A stretch of 64,000 nucleotides of DNA from Candidatus Firestoneibacteriota bacterium (lineage in GTDB: Bacteria; Oederibacteriota; D2-FULL-39-29; JBBTED01). This document shows, in pieces, positions 48,887-58,323 of the stretch. The notes under the pieces are model-generated. The model was not told the origin of the DNA. It did no database searches and saw nothing but the letters and a program-made list of their open reading frames with translations. The translations under genes and the position numbers were made by a program. The stretch covers positions 5,310-69,309 of the forward strand of contig JBBTED010000067.1 of the NCBI GenBank assembly GCA_038042445.1. Reading direction: 5' to 3'. Positions within the stretch are counted from its first letter, which is position 1. Each line of letters starts with the position of its first letter.

Positions 48887-51064
48887 ATGTTTGATAAATC
48901 AGAATATACATTTACAGAAAAGCTAAAAGAAAATAAAAATTTCATTATCCATAAAGGGTTTTTCAATTCTGATGAAGATAAAAAAATCTTTCTTTTTGTA
49001 ATTATTAAAACATCAGGAATGAATTCTTTAGATGTTATACAGATTAAATATGAGTGTGATATAGCCAAAAAAATCGAATCAAATAATACTGTAAAAATTT
49101 ATGAAGTAATAGAGTCTCGAGATGAAATTATCTTAGTGGTGGAAAATTTCGAATCAATATTATTTAAAACTTTTCTTTATGAAAGCTCAATTGATATTAA
49201 GAAATTTTTGACATTAAGCATTCAATTAGCTAATGCTTTATGTGATATACATAAACATAATATCATTCACAAAAATATAACCCCATACAGCATTTTTATT
49301 GAGAAAAATGGTGATATAGTTAAAGTAGGTGATTTGGGTATATCATCTTTAATTACAAAGGAAAACGAATTTATTTATGATAGAAGTGTATTAGAAGAAA
49401 GATTGCCATATATTTCGCCAGAGCAAACAGGAAGGATGAATTGTTCTGTGGATTATCGTACAGATTTCTATTCTTTAGGTGTTACCTTATATGAAATGCT
49501 TACAGGTAGACTGCCATTAAAATCAAATGATCCTTTGGAGCTTATTCATTTTCATATAGCTAAAAATCCAATAGCCCCAAGTAAATTAAATGAAGATATA
49601 CCAAAAGCAATTTCTGATATAGTAATGAAACTGCTTTCTAAAATTCCTGAAGAGAGATATCAAAATAGTTATGGATTGAAATATGATTTAGAAAAATGCC
49701 TGAAGCAATTAGTTGAGAAAGGTAAAATTGAAGACATTAGTATTGGTGAAAACGATATTTCTGATAAATTTTATTTGCCTCAAAAACTTTATGGTAGAGA
49801 AAAAGAAATAAATGTTCTTCTGAAAACTTTTGATGAAATAAGTGAAAGTAAAACAAAAATAATGTTTGTATCAGGTTATTCAGGTATAGGAAAAACAACA
49901 CTGATAAATGAAATCCATAAATTAGTGGTAAAAAAGAAAGGGTATTTTGTTGCAGGAAAATTTGAGCAATTTGAAAAAGATATTCCATACAATGCTATAA
50001 TTAATGCTTTTCAAAATTTAGTCAGGAATATATTAACTGAAAACGAGGATAGGATAAAAATATGGAGAAATAAATTATTAGAAGCAGTGGGAATCAATGG
50101 GCAGATAATTGTTGATGTAATTCCTGAAGTGGAGTTAATAATAGGAAAACAATCTTCTGTAGCCCAATTGGAACCTAAGGAAACTCAAAATAGGTTCAAT
50201 ATGATTTTTCAAAAATTCATAGAAGTTTTTTCAAAAGAAGAACATCCATTGGTTTTATTCTTAGATGATTTGCAATGGATAGACATAGCCAGTTTAAATC
50301 TAATAGATAATATTATAACTGATTCTACTATAAAGTTTTTCCTTATTATAGGCGCCTATAGAGATAATGAAGTAAGTATTTCACATCCACTTATATTAAC
50401 AATTGATGGTTTTAAAAAAATAGGTATAGATATATCTAATATAAAATTATTGCCGTTAGAAGTGTTAGATGTAACTAATTTGCTTTAGGATGTTTTTAAT
50501 AAAAAAGGAAAGGAAGTAGAAGAATTAGGACAGTTAATCCAGAAAAAATCAGGAGGTAACCCATTTTTTGTAAAAGAAATTTTGAAATCTCTTTATAAAA
50601 ATAAAATATTAAAGTTTGAAATTGATGAGGGTTGGAAATGGGATATAAGGGAAATAGAAAATATTGAAGCAACCAATAATGTAGTAGAATTCTTAAGTAG
50701 TAAAATCAGCAGATTGTCTTTATATGTGAATAAAAGTCAGATTCAACAAGTGATAATAAACTTATGTAGTAATGCAATAGATGCAATGTCTAATGGCGGA
50801 AAGATTACTGTTAAAATTAGAAAAATAGATAATGAATATGAAAAAAATGTTGAAATTACTGTTTCTGATACAGGCGTAGGTATACTAAAAGAAATACAAA
50901 AAAGGATGTTTGAACAATTTTTTACAACAAAAGAAGTTGGGAAAGGCACTGGGTTGGGATTAAGTTTGTGTTATGAAATAATTCAAAAACATAATGGAAC
51001 CATTAAATTTGAAAGTGAAAGTGGTAAAGGAACAAAGTTTATTATAAACTTACCAATTAATTAG
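48887..51064 (+). pseudogene. Decayed multidomain sensor kinase: a Hanks-type (pseudo)kinase domain, an AAA/P-loop ATPase, and after an in-frame TAG at 50486-50488 a GNPFF..W.WD segment fused directly to HATPase_c
   Basis: ORFs 48887-50488 and 50582-51064 share a frame and are separated by a single TAG. The kinase motifs are altered (HKNITP instead of HRDLKP, DLG instead of DFG). The P-loop GYSGIGKTT is intact. The GAF, HisKA and H-box region expected between VVEFLSSKISRLS and the N-box QVIINLCSNAIDA is absent. Confidence 0.6.
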
Positions 51065-51070
51065 ATAAAT

Positions 51071-51101
51071 CTTACTCCCCCTTTAATAAAGGGGGAGTAA
51101 G
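51071..51101 (+). terminator. Hairpin terminator CTTACTCCCCC-tttaataaa-GGGGGAGTAAG
   Basis: An 11-bp perfect stem after the stop at 51064. It belongs to the same family as 2835-2862. Confidence 0.55.
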
Positions 51102-51129
51102 GGGGTTGTTTCCAAAGGAGATTTAGCAA

Positions 51130-52221
51130 ATGAATGAAAAAACTAAAATTTTAGTTATTGATGATGAAAAAGGAATAAGAGATTTAATTTGTTTTGAACT
51201 TAAAGATCAGGGGTATGCAGTAGATACTGTTTCAAATGGAGAAGAAGGTATTGAAAAAATAAGAAAAGAAAAATTTGATGTAGTTGTTAGTGATATAAAA
51301 ATGTTAGGTATGGATGGTATTGCTGTTCTTGGAGAGATAAAAAAAATTGATTCTACAGTAGAAGTAATTATGGCAACAGGATATGCAACAATAGAAACTG
51401 CGATTGAAAGTTTAAGAAAAGGTGCAACTGATTATATTACAAAGCCATTTGAAATGTCAGAACTTTTAAGTACTGTTGAAAAAGCAGTGGAGCTGAGAAA
51501 TTTAAAATCTCAACTTGTTACTTTAAAGGAAATGGAGAAATTAAAAGAAGAATTTATGTCTATGGTTTCACATGATTTAAAAACACCGCTAACTGCTATA
51601 TCTGGTGCTGTTGATGTGCTTTTTGATGTTACAAATTCTGGAGAGACTAATACAAAAAAGCTTTTAGAAATAATTAAACGGCAGGCGGAAAAAATGAAGA
51701 AGCTTATAAATGATTTACTGGATTTTACAAGAATGGAATCCGGGTTTGTAGAGCTAAAAAAACAGAGTATTTTTGTTGTAGAACTTATAAATGATGCAAT
51801 AAAAGAATTGGGACCATTGGCAGAAAAAAAGAAAGTAGAAATTAAATTTCAGGGTTCTTGTAATTCTGAAACAAGTATTAATTGTGACTATGAATATATT
51901 AAACGTGTTTTTTTGAATCTTTTGGTAAATGCTATAAAATATACTCCGGATGGAGGTATGGTGATTGTCTATTTTAAAGAAGAAGCATCAGGAATAAAAT
52001 TTATAATTGAAGACAATGGTATTGGAATTGCAACAGAAAATTTAAAAAAAGTATTTGAAAAATTTTATAGGGTTGATCAATCACTTGTAAAATCAACAAG
52101 TGGTTTTGGGCTGGGACTTTCTATATGCAGGAAAATTGTGGAGTTTCATGGTGGTAGAATTTGGGTAGAATCAGAAGGCATAAATAAGGGTTCAAAGCTT
52201 ATATTTACACTTCCAAAGTAG
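51130..52221 (+). CDS. Hybrid two-component protein: an N-terminal receiver (REC) domain fused to a HisKA/HATPase_c histidine kinase
   Basis: REC: ILVIDDE...D-box DIKMLGMDG...KPF. H-box SHDLKTPLTAI. N, G1 and G2 boxes (NLLVNAIKYT, DNGIGI, GFGLGLSI). Confidence 0.8.
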   Translation: MNEKTKILVIDDEKGIRDLICFELKDQGYAVDTVSNGEEGIEKIRKEKFDVVVSDIKMLGMDGIAVLGEIKKIDSTVEVIMATGYATIETAIESLRKGATDYITKPFEMSELLSTVEKAVELRNLKSQLVTLKEMEKLKEEFMSMVSHDLKTPLTAISGAVDVLFDVTNSGETNTKKLLEIIKRQAEKMKKLINDLLDFTRMESGFVELKKQSIFVVELINDAIKELGPLAEKKKVEIKFQGSCNSETSINCDYEYIKRVFLNLLVNAIKYTPDGGMVIVYFKEEASGIKFIIEDNGIGIATENLKKVFEKFYRVDQSLVKSTSGFGLGLSICRKIVEFHGGRIWVESEGINKGSKLIFTLPK

Positions 52222-52273
52222 CGGTTGCATTACAATGCAACGAATTATTGTAGAATTGGAATCCTACCGCTAC
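52218..52273. repeat. Nested palindrome GTAGCGG-(TTGCATTacaaTGCAAC)-...-CCGCTAC overlapping the kinase stop codon
   Basis: Shares the outer stem with 32841-32891. Confidence 0.55.
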
Positions 52274-52328
52274 TTTATAATTCGCTAACAAACGTTAAAA
52301 TTAGATAATAATAAATAAAAATACTTGA

Positions 52329-52357
52329 CAAACGATAATATATGTGGTATAATTACA
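52329..52357 (+). promoter_or_regulatory. Consensus sigma70 promoter TTGACA-17-(TG)TATAAT immediately upstream of the deoR-like gene. It predicts a leaderless or near-leaderless transcript.
   Basis: cTTGACAaacgataatatatgtggTATAATtacatat ATG was read directly. Confidence 0.5.
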
Positions 52358-52360
52358 TAT

Positions 52361-53143
52361 ATGATTGATAATAAAATGTTTCCAGAAGAAAGAAGGCAGA
52401 AAATTCTTACCATTGTTAATAATAATGGTAGGGTGGATGTTTTGGAACTCGCTAATGAATTTAAAGCTTCTGTTGCTACAATTCGGACGGATTTAAATTA
52501 TCTTGCAGTTAATGGGGATATTAAACGAACACATGGTGGGGCTATTTTACTAAAACGCAGTAATATTGTTGAAAAGGAAATACCTGTAATTGAGAAAGAA
52601 AATATTGCTATTGAAGGAAAAATAAAAATGGCAAAAGCAGCACTTGAATTTATTGAAAATAAACAAAGTATATTTTTAGATATAGGTAGCACTGTATATC
52701 AATTTGCCAAGTTACTTTCTAATAAACATGGATTAAGTATAATAACGAATTCATTTCGTATTGCCAATGAAGTTAGCAGATATTCGGATAAAGAGCTTAT
52801 TTTTATTGGTGGGGTATTTAGAGAAAAAACACAAGCAACATCTGGTCCATTAGCAATGAAAGTTTTAGAAGAAATCTATGTTCATACTTTTTTTATGTCA
52901 GTAAGTGGCATAGATTTTAAAAATGGTTTAACTACTTCACATATTTCTGAAGCAGAAATAAAAAAGAAAATGATAGAGAAAGCACAAAAAGTAATTGTGT
53001 TAGCAGATAGTTCAAAATTTAATAAAGTTGATTTTGCACGGGTGTGTGCTATTACAGATGTAGATATAATAATTACAGATAATATTTCTAAGGAAAATGA
53101 AGCTTCAATAAAAGATTTAGGTGTGAAATTGATAATAGCATAG
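52361..53143 (+). CDS. DeoR/GlpR-family transcriptional regulator (N-terminal HTH plus sugar-phosphate-binding DeoR-C domain)
   Basis: RRQKILTIVNNNGRVDVLELANEFKASVATIRTDLNYL. The start was moved downstream of the promoter that lies inside the ORF-track call. Confidence 0.7.
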   Translation: MIDNKMFPEERRQKILTIVNNNGRVDVLELANEFKASVATIRTDLNYLAVNGDIKRTHGGAILLKRSNIVEKEIPVIEKENIAIEGKIKMAKAALEFIENKQSIFLDIGSTVYQFAKLLSNKHGLSIITNSFRIANEVSRYSDKELIFIGGVFREKTQATSGPLAMKVLEEIYVHTFFMSVSGIDFKNGLTTSHISEAEIKKKMIEKAQKVIVLADSSKFNKVDFARVCAITDVDIIITDNISKENEASIKDLGVKLIIA

Positions 53144-53198
53144 AGAATTAAGAAAAATAACCAATTAGATAAGGTAATGTCAAAAGCAGTATGAAAGG

Positions 53199-53252
53199 TA
53201 GTCGCAGGCTTTAGCCTGCGGTTTTTCTTCGCAAGCTAAAGCTTGCGGCTAC
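53199..53252. repeat. Two hairpin repeats, GTAGTCGCAGGCTTTAGCCTGCG followed by GTTTTT and CGCAAGCTAAAGCTTGCGGCTACC. The first is terminator-like.
   Basis: Same family as 18381 and 43600. Confidence 0.6.
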
Positions 53253-53304
53253 CAAGGCATTAAAAACTTTTGACAATACGTTAGATAAAAGGGGGGATTT
53301 CCAA

Positions 53305-53817
53305 GTGAAAAAAGAAGCAATAACTGTTATAAAAGCAAGGCGTTCTGTTAGAGCATTTAAAAAGGAAATAATAGCTAAAGATATTATAGAAGATATTATA
53401 GATTGTGGGAGATTAGCTCCTACAGCTAATAATATACAGCCTTGGCAATTTGTTGTGGTGACAGATGTAGGAAAACGCGAGCATATTGCAGAAATGACTG
53501 ATTACGGCGGGTTTATTGCTGATGCTCCTGTATGTATTGTAGTATTTTGTGAAAATACCAAGTATTTTTTAGAAGATGGTTGTGCTGCTGTTGAAAACAT
53601 ATTGTTAGCTGTAGAATCTTATGGATTAGGAGCATGTTGGGTAGCTGGAGATAAAAAGAGTTATGCAGAGGAAATAAAACGATTTTTGAAGGTGCCAGAT
53701 AATTATAAATTAGTAGCGTTAATACCAATAGGTTATCCAGCACATATTTCTTCCTATGCTGGTTTCAAGAAGCCATTAGACAAAGTGTTACACTGGGAGG
53801 AATTTGGAAACAAATAG
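53305..53817 (+). CDS. Nitroreductase-family protein
   Basis: RRSVRAF, the FMN-binding pattern, and length 170 aa. Confidence 0.75.
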   Translation: MKKEAITVIKARRSVRAFKKEIIAKDIIEDIIDCGRLAPTANNIQPWQFVVVTDVGKREHIAEMTDYGGFIADAPVCIVVFCENTKYFLEDGCAAVENILLAVESYGLGACWVAGDKKSYAEEIKRFLKVPDNYKLVALIPIGYPAHISSYAGFKKPLDKVLHWEEFGNK

Positions 53818-54796
53818 TGATATGAAAAAAAATAAAGAACAATTTTTAGGATTAGATTGTGGAGGAACCAATATTAAAATTGCTCTTGTAGATTCAGAAG
53901 GTGAAATACTTAAAAGTGCTATTGAACCTATTAGTTACAAACAATCGCCACAGAAAGTGCTTAAAAATATTACAAGCTGTGTTCAACATTTTATGGACAA
54001 GAATTGCACAAGTAAAATTAAAGGTTTAGGTATTGGAGTTGCAGCAGAAGTAGACCAGAAAAATGGAATTATACTCAATGCAACTAATTTGGGATGGAGA
54101 AATGTTCCCATCGCTGATTTTTTTACAAAAGAACTGGGTATTCCCATAAATGTAGAAAATGATTCGCATTGTGCAGCATGGGGATCTTATTGCCTTGATG
54201 CTAAAAAAAAATGCAGCACTTTAATTTGTTTGACATTAGGAACAGGTGTAGGCGGTGGTATTATTATAGGTGGTAAATTATACAGAGGGCCAAATGGATT
54301 AGCTGGATACATTGGACATATGTCTATTTCATATTCCGGGCGTGTTTGCAGATGTGGTAGTATAGGTTGTTTGGAATCTATGGTTGGTGCATGGGCATTA
54401 AGCCAGACAGTAAAAGAAAGATGTTCAAAAAACTCCTTTCCAATTTTAAGAAAATTATTACGTATAGACAAACAATTTAAGATAACACCTGAATTGATTG
54501 CTGAAGCTGCAATAAATGGAGACTGTGATTGTCAGAAATTGTGGAATGAAACAGGTAAATATTTAGGTATTGCCTTAGGAAGTCTTGCCAACATTTTTAA
54601 TCCGGAGAAAATAATTCTTTGTGGTGGTATATCTAAAGCAGGTGTGCTTTTCTTAAAACCTATGCTGGATACTTTTAAAAAACAAGTATTTAAAACTATA
54701 TTTCAATATACTGAAGTTTCTATTTCAAAATATACTGATAAAATTGGTGTTGTTGGTGCTGCTCTATTATTTATGGATGTTATATATGAAAGATAA
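53804..54796 (+). CDS. ROK-family sugar kinase (glucokinase/N-acetylhexosamine kinase-like)
   Basis: LGLDCGGTNIKIALVD and the zinc motif CRCGSIGCLES. Confidence 0.8.
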   Translation: METNSDMKKNKEQFLGLDCGGTNIKIALVDSEGEILKSAIEPISYKQSPQKVLKNITSCVQHFMDKNCTSKIKGLGIGVAAEVDQKNGIILNATNLGWRNVPIADFFTKELGIPINVENDSHCAAWGSYCLDAKKKCSTLICLTLGTGVGGGIIIGGKLYRGPNGLAGYIGHMSISYSGRVCRCGSIGCLESMVGAWALSQTVKERCSKNSFPILRKLLRIDKQFKITPELIAEAAINGDCDCQKLWNETGKYLGIALGSLANIFNPEKIILCGGISKAGVLFLKPMLDTFKKQVFKTIFQYTEVSISKYTDKIGVVGAALLFMDVIYER

Positions 54797-55748
54797 AATT
54801 TTGCAGGCAAATTTAGTATCTCCAGAAAAAATATTTTATTTTATTGGTGTTACTACAGAGAAATCTTCTATTATGAAAATTTTTCCAAAATGGATTGAAT
54901 TTTTAAAATTAGACAATTGTATAATCAAAGGAGTAAATTTTAAACCACATGATGAAGCTGGGGCATATAGAAAAATTGTAGAATATATTAAGAATGACAA
55001 ACATTCTTTTGGTGCTCTTGTTACAACACATAAAATAGATTTGCTTAAAAGTTGTTATGACCTTTTTGAAGAATTAGATTATTATGCACAAGTTATGGGA
55101 GAAATTAGTTGCATTTCTAAATGTGATGGGAAACTGATTGGGCACGCTAAAGATCCTATAACCAGTGGTTTGGCTTTAGAAAAATTTTTACCTAAAGACT
55201 ATTGGTTGAAAAACAAAAGCGAAGTTTTTGTTATAGGAGCAGGTGGGTCATCAATAGCAATTACTTCATATCTAATGAATAAAGAGAGAGGTATAAATAA
55301 ACCATCAAAAATTATTATATCAAATAGAAGCAGTGGGAGATTAGAAGAAATACAAAAAATACATAAAAAACTTATGTCAGATGTTTCTTGCGAATATTAT
55401 TTAACTCCAATACCGCAAGACAATGATAAAATTCTCAATAGTTTGAAACCGTATTCACTTGTAATTAATGCTACAGGTCTTGGAAAAGATGCTGCAGGTT
55501 CACCAATTACAGATAATGCTATTTTTCCGGAAAATGGAATAGCATGGGATTTTAATTATAGGGGAAACCTTATTTTTTTAGATAAGGCACGTGCGCAACA
55601 AGAAGAAAAAAAATTGCATATTGAAGATGGCTGGGTGTATTTCATATATGGCTGGACTAAAGTAATAGCAGAAGTTTTTCACATTGAAATTCCATCAGCA
55701 GGTGAAAAATTCAATAAAATCTGTGAAATTGCAGAAAAGTTCAGATAA
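54786..55748 (+). CDS. Shikimate/quinate dehydrogenase-family oxidoreductase
   Basis: GALVTTHKIDL (the G..VT.P.K motif), the Rossmann motif VFVIGAGGSSIA, and about 320 aa. Confidence 0.55.
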   Translation: MKDKILQANLVSPEKIFYFIGVTTEKSSIMKIFPKWIEFLKLDNCIIKGVNFKPHDEAGAYRKIVEYIKNDKHSFGALVTTHKIDLLKSCYDLFEELDYYAQVMGEISCISKCDGKLIGHAKDPITSGLALEKFLPKDYWLKNKSEVFVIGAGGSSIAITSYLMNKERGINKPSKIIISNRSSGRLEEIQKIHKKLMSDVSCEYYLTPIPQDNDKILNSLKPYSLVINATGLGKDAAGSPITDNAIFPENGIAWDFNYRGNLIFLDKARAQQEEKKLHIEDGWVYFIYGWTKVIAEVFHIEIPSAGEKFNKICEIAEKFR

Positions 55749-55763
55749 TTAATAGGAGATAAT

Positions 55764-56330
55764 ATGATAAAAAAATCGATTAGACCATTTGGTATGGATT
55801 TTGATTTGGAAAAAGGTATAATGAAAAATCCGGAGAAAATTATAGTTAGAAAAGCATCAGATATGCGTGGGTATTATACTGATGAAAAGGCATTGGAAAA
55901 AATTATCAAAAAGCAGGCGGATCCGATCCATTATGAGGTTTTTGAAAAACCTGTGCCTGAAGAAGATGGGCATTTATATTTTTGTATTAGTAAGCTTTGG
56001 CCTGGTTTAGTAGGGAATGAATATTTTATGACTAAAGGGCATTATCATAAAGTTGAAAAGACTGCTGAAATTTATCTTTGCCTTCGGGGAGAAGGATATA
56101 TGTTAATGAAAACTGAAGAGGGAAAATGTGTTGCAGAACCTATGAAAAAAAACAAAATGATTTATGTTCCGCCTTATTGGGCACATCGTTCAGTAAATAT
56201 TGGAAATACGCCATTAATATCTTTATGTGTTTATCCTGCCCAAGCAGGACATAATTATAAAGATATAGAAAAAAAGGGATTTCCAAAAAGAATCTATAAT
56301 AGAAAAGGAAAAATTTGCATAGATGAATAA
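55764..56330 (+). CDS. Cupin-type (archaeal-type) glucose-6-phosphate isomerase
   Basis: TKGHYHKVEKTAEIY matches the cPGI T.GH.H...E.Y signature. The cupin fold is consistent with a length of about 188 aa. Confidence 0.6.
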   Translation: MIKKSIRPFGMDFDLEKGIMKNPEKIIVRKASDMRGYYTDEKALEKIIKKQADPIHYEVFEKPVPEEDGHLYFCISKLWPGLVGNEYFMTKGHYHKVEKTAEIYLCLRGEGYMLMKTEEGKCVAEPMKKNKMIYVPPYWAHRSVNIGNTPLISLCVYPAQAGHNYKDIEKKGFPKRIYNRKGKICIDE

Positions 56331-57255
56331 GAATGGGAAAATTTTGATTACTCCGAGGTCTTTAACCAAATCAGGACATCCAGCTCTTGATACACTTAAA
56401 AAAGCAGGATATGAGTTAGTATTTTCTACTCCTGGAAAACAACCTGACGAGAAAGAATTAATAGAATTACTTTCTGATTGTGTTGGGTATCTTGCCGGTG
56501 TTGAGAAAATAAGTGCAGAAGTATTAAAAGGTGCAGGAAAGTTAAAAGTGATAAGTAGAAATGGAACAGGTATAGATAATATTGATTTAAAAACTGCTAA
56601 GGAATTAAACATTAAAATATGTCGTGCAGAAGAAGCAAATACTAGAGGGGTTGCTGAATTAACTATTGGATTGATTTTTAGCCTGGTTCGGTATATTCCT
56701 TTTAGTGATAGAAAGATGAAAGAGGAAAAATGGGAAAGAAAAGAAGGTATTGAGTTGCAGAATCGTACACTTGGCATTATTGGTTGTGGTAAAATTGGCA
56801 GACAAGTTGCGATGATGGCACTTAGTTTAGGAATGAAAGTTGTAGCGTATGATGTTATAAGAGATAGTTCTTTTTTGCCCGCTGGAGATTTTAGTTGGGC
56901 TGATTTAAATACATTATTAAAACAGTCAGATATAATTAGTTTGCATTGTCCACCCTTGAAAAATGGAGAATCTTTAATTAATAAAGATATAATCGAAAAA
57001 ATGAAAAATGGGGTTTATTTAATTAATGCAGCAAGAGCAGATTTAATAGATGAAAAAGCTGTGTTAAAAGCACTTTTTGAAAATAAAATTGCAGGTTTTG
57101 CATTGGATGTTTTTAAAAAAGAACCTCCTGTAGATAATCCATTAGTTTTGCATGAGCGGGTTATTGCAACACCACATATTGGTGGATATACAAATGAAAG
57201 TATTTCAAGAGCTACTCAAATAGCAGTAAATAATTTATTAAAGTATTTAAGTTAA
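56323..57255 (+). CDS. D-isomer-specific 2-hydroxyacid dehydrogenase (SerA/GyaR-like)
   Basis: GIIGCGKIGRQVA, catalytic R/E/H positions and ATPHIGG. Confidence 0.8.
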   Translation: MNKNGKILITPRSLTKSGHPALDTLKKAGYELVFSTPGKQPDEKELIELLSDCVGYLAGVEKISAEVLKGAGKLKVISRNGTGIDNIDLKTAKELNIKICRAEEANTRGVAELTIGLIFSLVRYIPFSDRKMKEEKWERKEGIELQNRTLGIIGCGKIGRQVAMMALSLGMKVVAYDVIRDSSFLPAGDFSWADLNTLLKQSDIISLHCPPLKNGESLINKDIIEKMKNGVYLINAARADLIDEKAVLKALFENKIAGFALDVFKKEPPVDNPLVLHERVIATPHIGGYTNESISRATQIAVNNLLKYLS

Positions 57256-57330
57256 AGAATAATGGTAAAAGCTCACTGAAGTCTGTTATTGCGATTGTGT
57301 TACAATGGTAATTGTAGTTTTTGGCAGTTT

Positions 57331-57422
57331 GTCATTCCCGCAGTAGTAAGCGGGAATCCACTGTTTTTAAAATATTGCTAAAACAAGACTCTGGATTCCC
57401 GATTAAAGAATTCGGGAATGAC
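57331..57422. repeat. MITE-like element of about 92 bp: GTCATTCCCGCagtagtaaGCGGGAATCCA ... TGGATTCCCGAttaaagaaTTCGGGAATGAC
   Basis: Same two-hairpin inverted architecture as 18801-18893. Confidence 0.7.
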
Positions 57423-57459
57423 AAAGAAGTAAACGGTATTCAGTGAATATTTAAAAATA

Positions 57460-58323
57460 ATGATTGAAATTTCCGAACAGAATGTTGATGGAAATCCACT
57501 TGAAGTAATGGCAAGTGTTACTAAAGGGACAGATAAACTCGCGTTATACTGGATAGGACAGGCGGGTTTTGCTTTTTGTTTCAAAAACAAATTAGGATTA
57601 ATTGATCCCTATCTTTCTGATTATTTAGCTAAAAAATATAAAGATACAAAAGTGTCACATATTCGTATGATGTCTGCGCCTTTAAATTCTGTGAATATTA
57701 GAAATTTGGATTTAGTATTTTGCAGCCATTCACATTCTGACCATATGGATCCAGAAACATTGCGAATTTTGGCTAAACATAATACCAATTGTAAATTTGT
57801 AATTCCAAAAGCAGTAATGGATTTAGCTATAAAAATAGGTTTGGACGAGGCGAACATTCAGGCTGTAAATGCAGGAGAAAAAATTTCTTATAATTCTGAT
57901 ATTAAGATAGAAGTCATACCTGCTTCTCACGAAGAAATAAAATTTAATAAAAAAAAAGAGCATTATTTTCTTGGATTTATACTCAAATTTGGTAATATAA
58001 CTATATATCATTCCGGGGATTGTGTTTTATATGATGGGCTTAAAGATATTCTAAAGACAAAAAATATTGATATCGCTTTATTGCCAATAAATGGACGGGA
58101 TTTATATAGGAAAAAATTAAATATTCTTGGAAACTTTACATTTGAAGAAGCGTTGGATTTATGTAGTTATTGTAAAATTCCAACTATGTTTTCTCACCAT
58201 TTCGGTATGTTTGCTTTTAATACTGTGAATGTAAAAGAAATAAATAAAAAAATAAAAAATCTAAAAAATGGCATAAAATGTTTTTTGCCTGACATAAAGA
58301 AAACATATATTATTTCAAAATGA
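57460..58323 (+). CDS. MBL-fold metallo-hydrolase (possible lactonase)
   Basis: The HSHSDHMD (HxHxDH) motif. Confidence 0.7.
   Translation: MIEISEQNVDGNPLEVMASVTKGTDKLALYWIGQAGFAFCFKNKLGLIDPYLSDYLAKKYKDTKVSHIRMMSAPLNSVNIRNLDLVFCSHSHSDHMDPETLRILAKHNTNCKFVIPKAVMDLAIKIGLDEANIQAVNAGEKISYNSDIKIEVIPASHEEIKFNKKKEHYFLGFILKFGNITIYHSGDCVLYDGLKDILKTKNIDIALLPINGRDLYRKKLNILGNFTFEEALDLCSYCKIPTMFSHHFGMFAFNTVNVKEINKKIKNLKNGIKCFLPDIKKTYIISK

Noticed and set aside
50486-50488. TAG as a recoded sense codon
   Set aside because: TAG is used as a normal stop, for example for the metallophosphoesterase at 48764-48766. The interrupted gene also carries an internal deletion and degenerate catalytic motifs, so gene decay is the simpler explanation.
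52325-52360. ORF-track start of the DeoR regulator at 52325
   Set aside because: The first 12 codons coincide with a perfect TTGACA-17-TATAAT promoter, so the start was moved to the ATG at 52361.
11948-57422. The dispersed palindromic repeats as a CRISPR array
   Set aside because: The units are not regularly spaced direct repeats with unique spacers. They are scattered individual palindromes of several unrelated families, and no cas genes are present.
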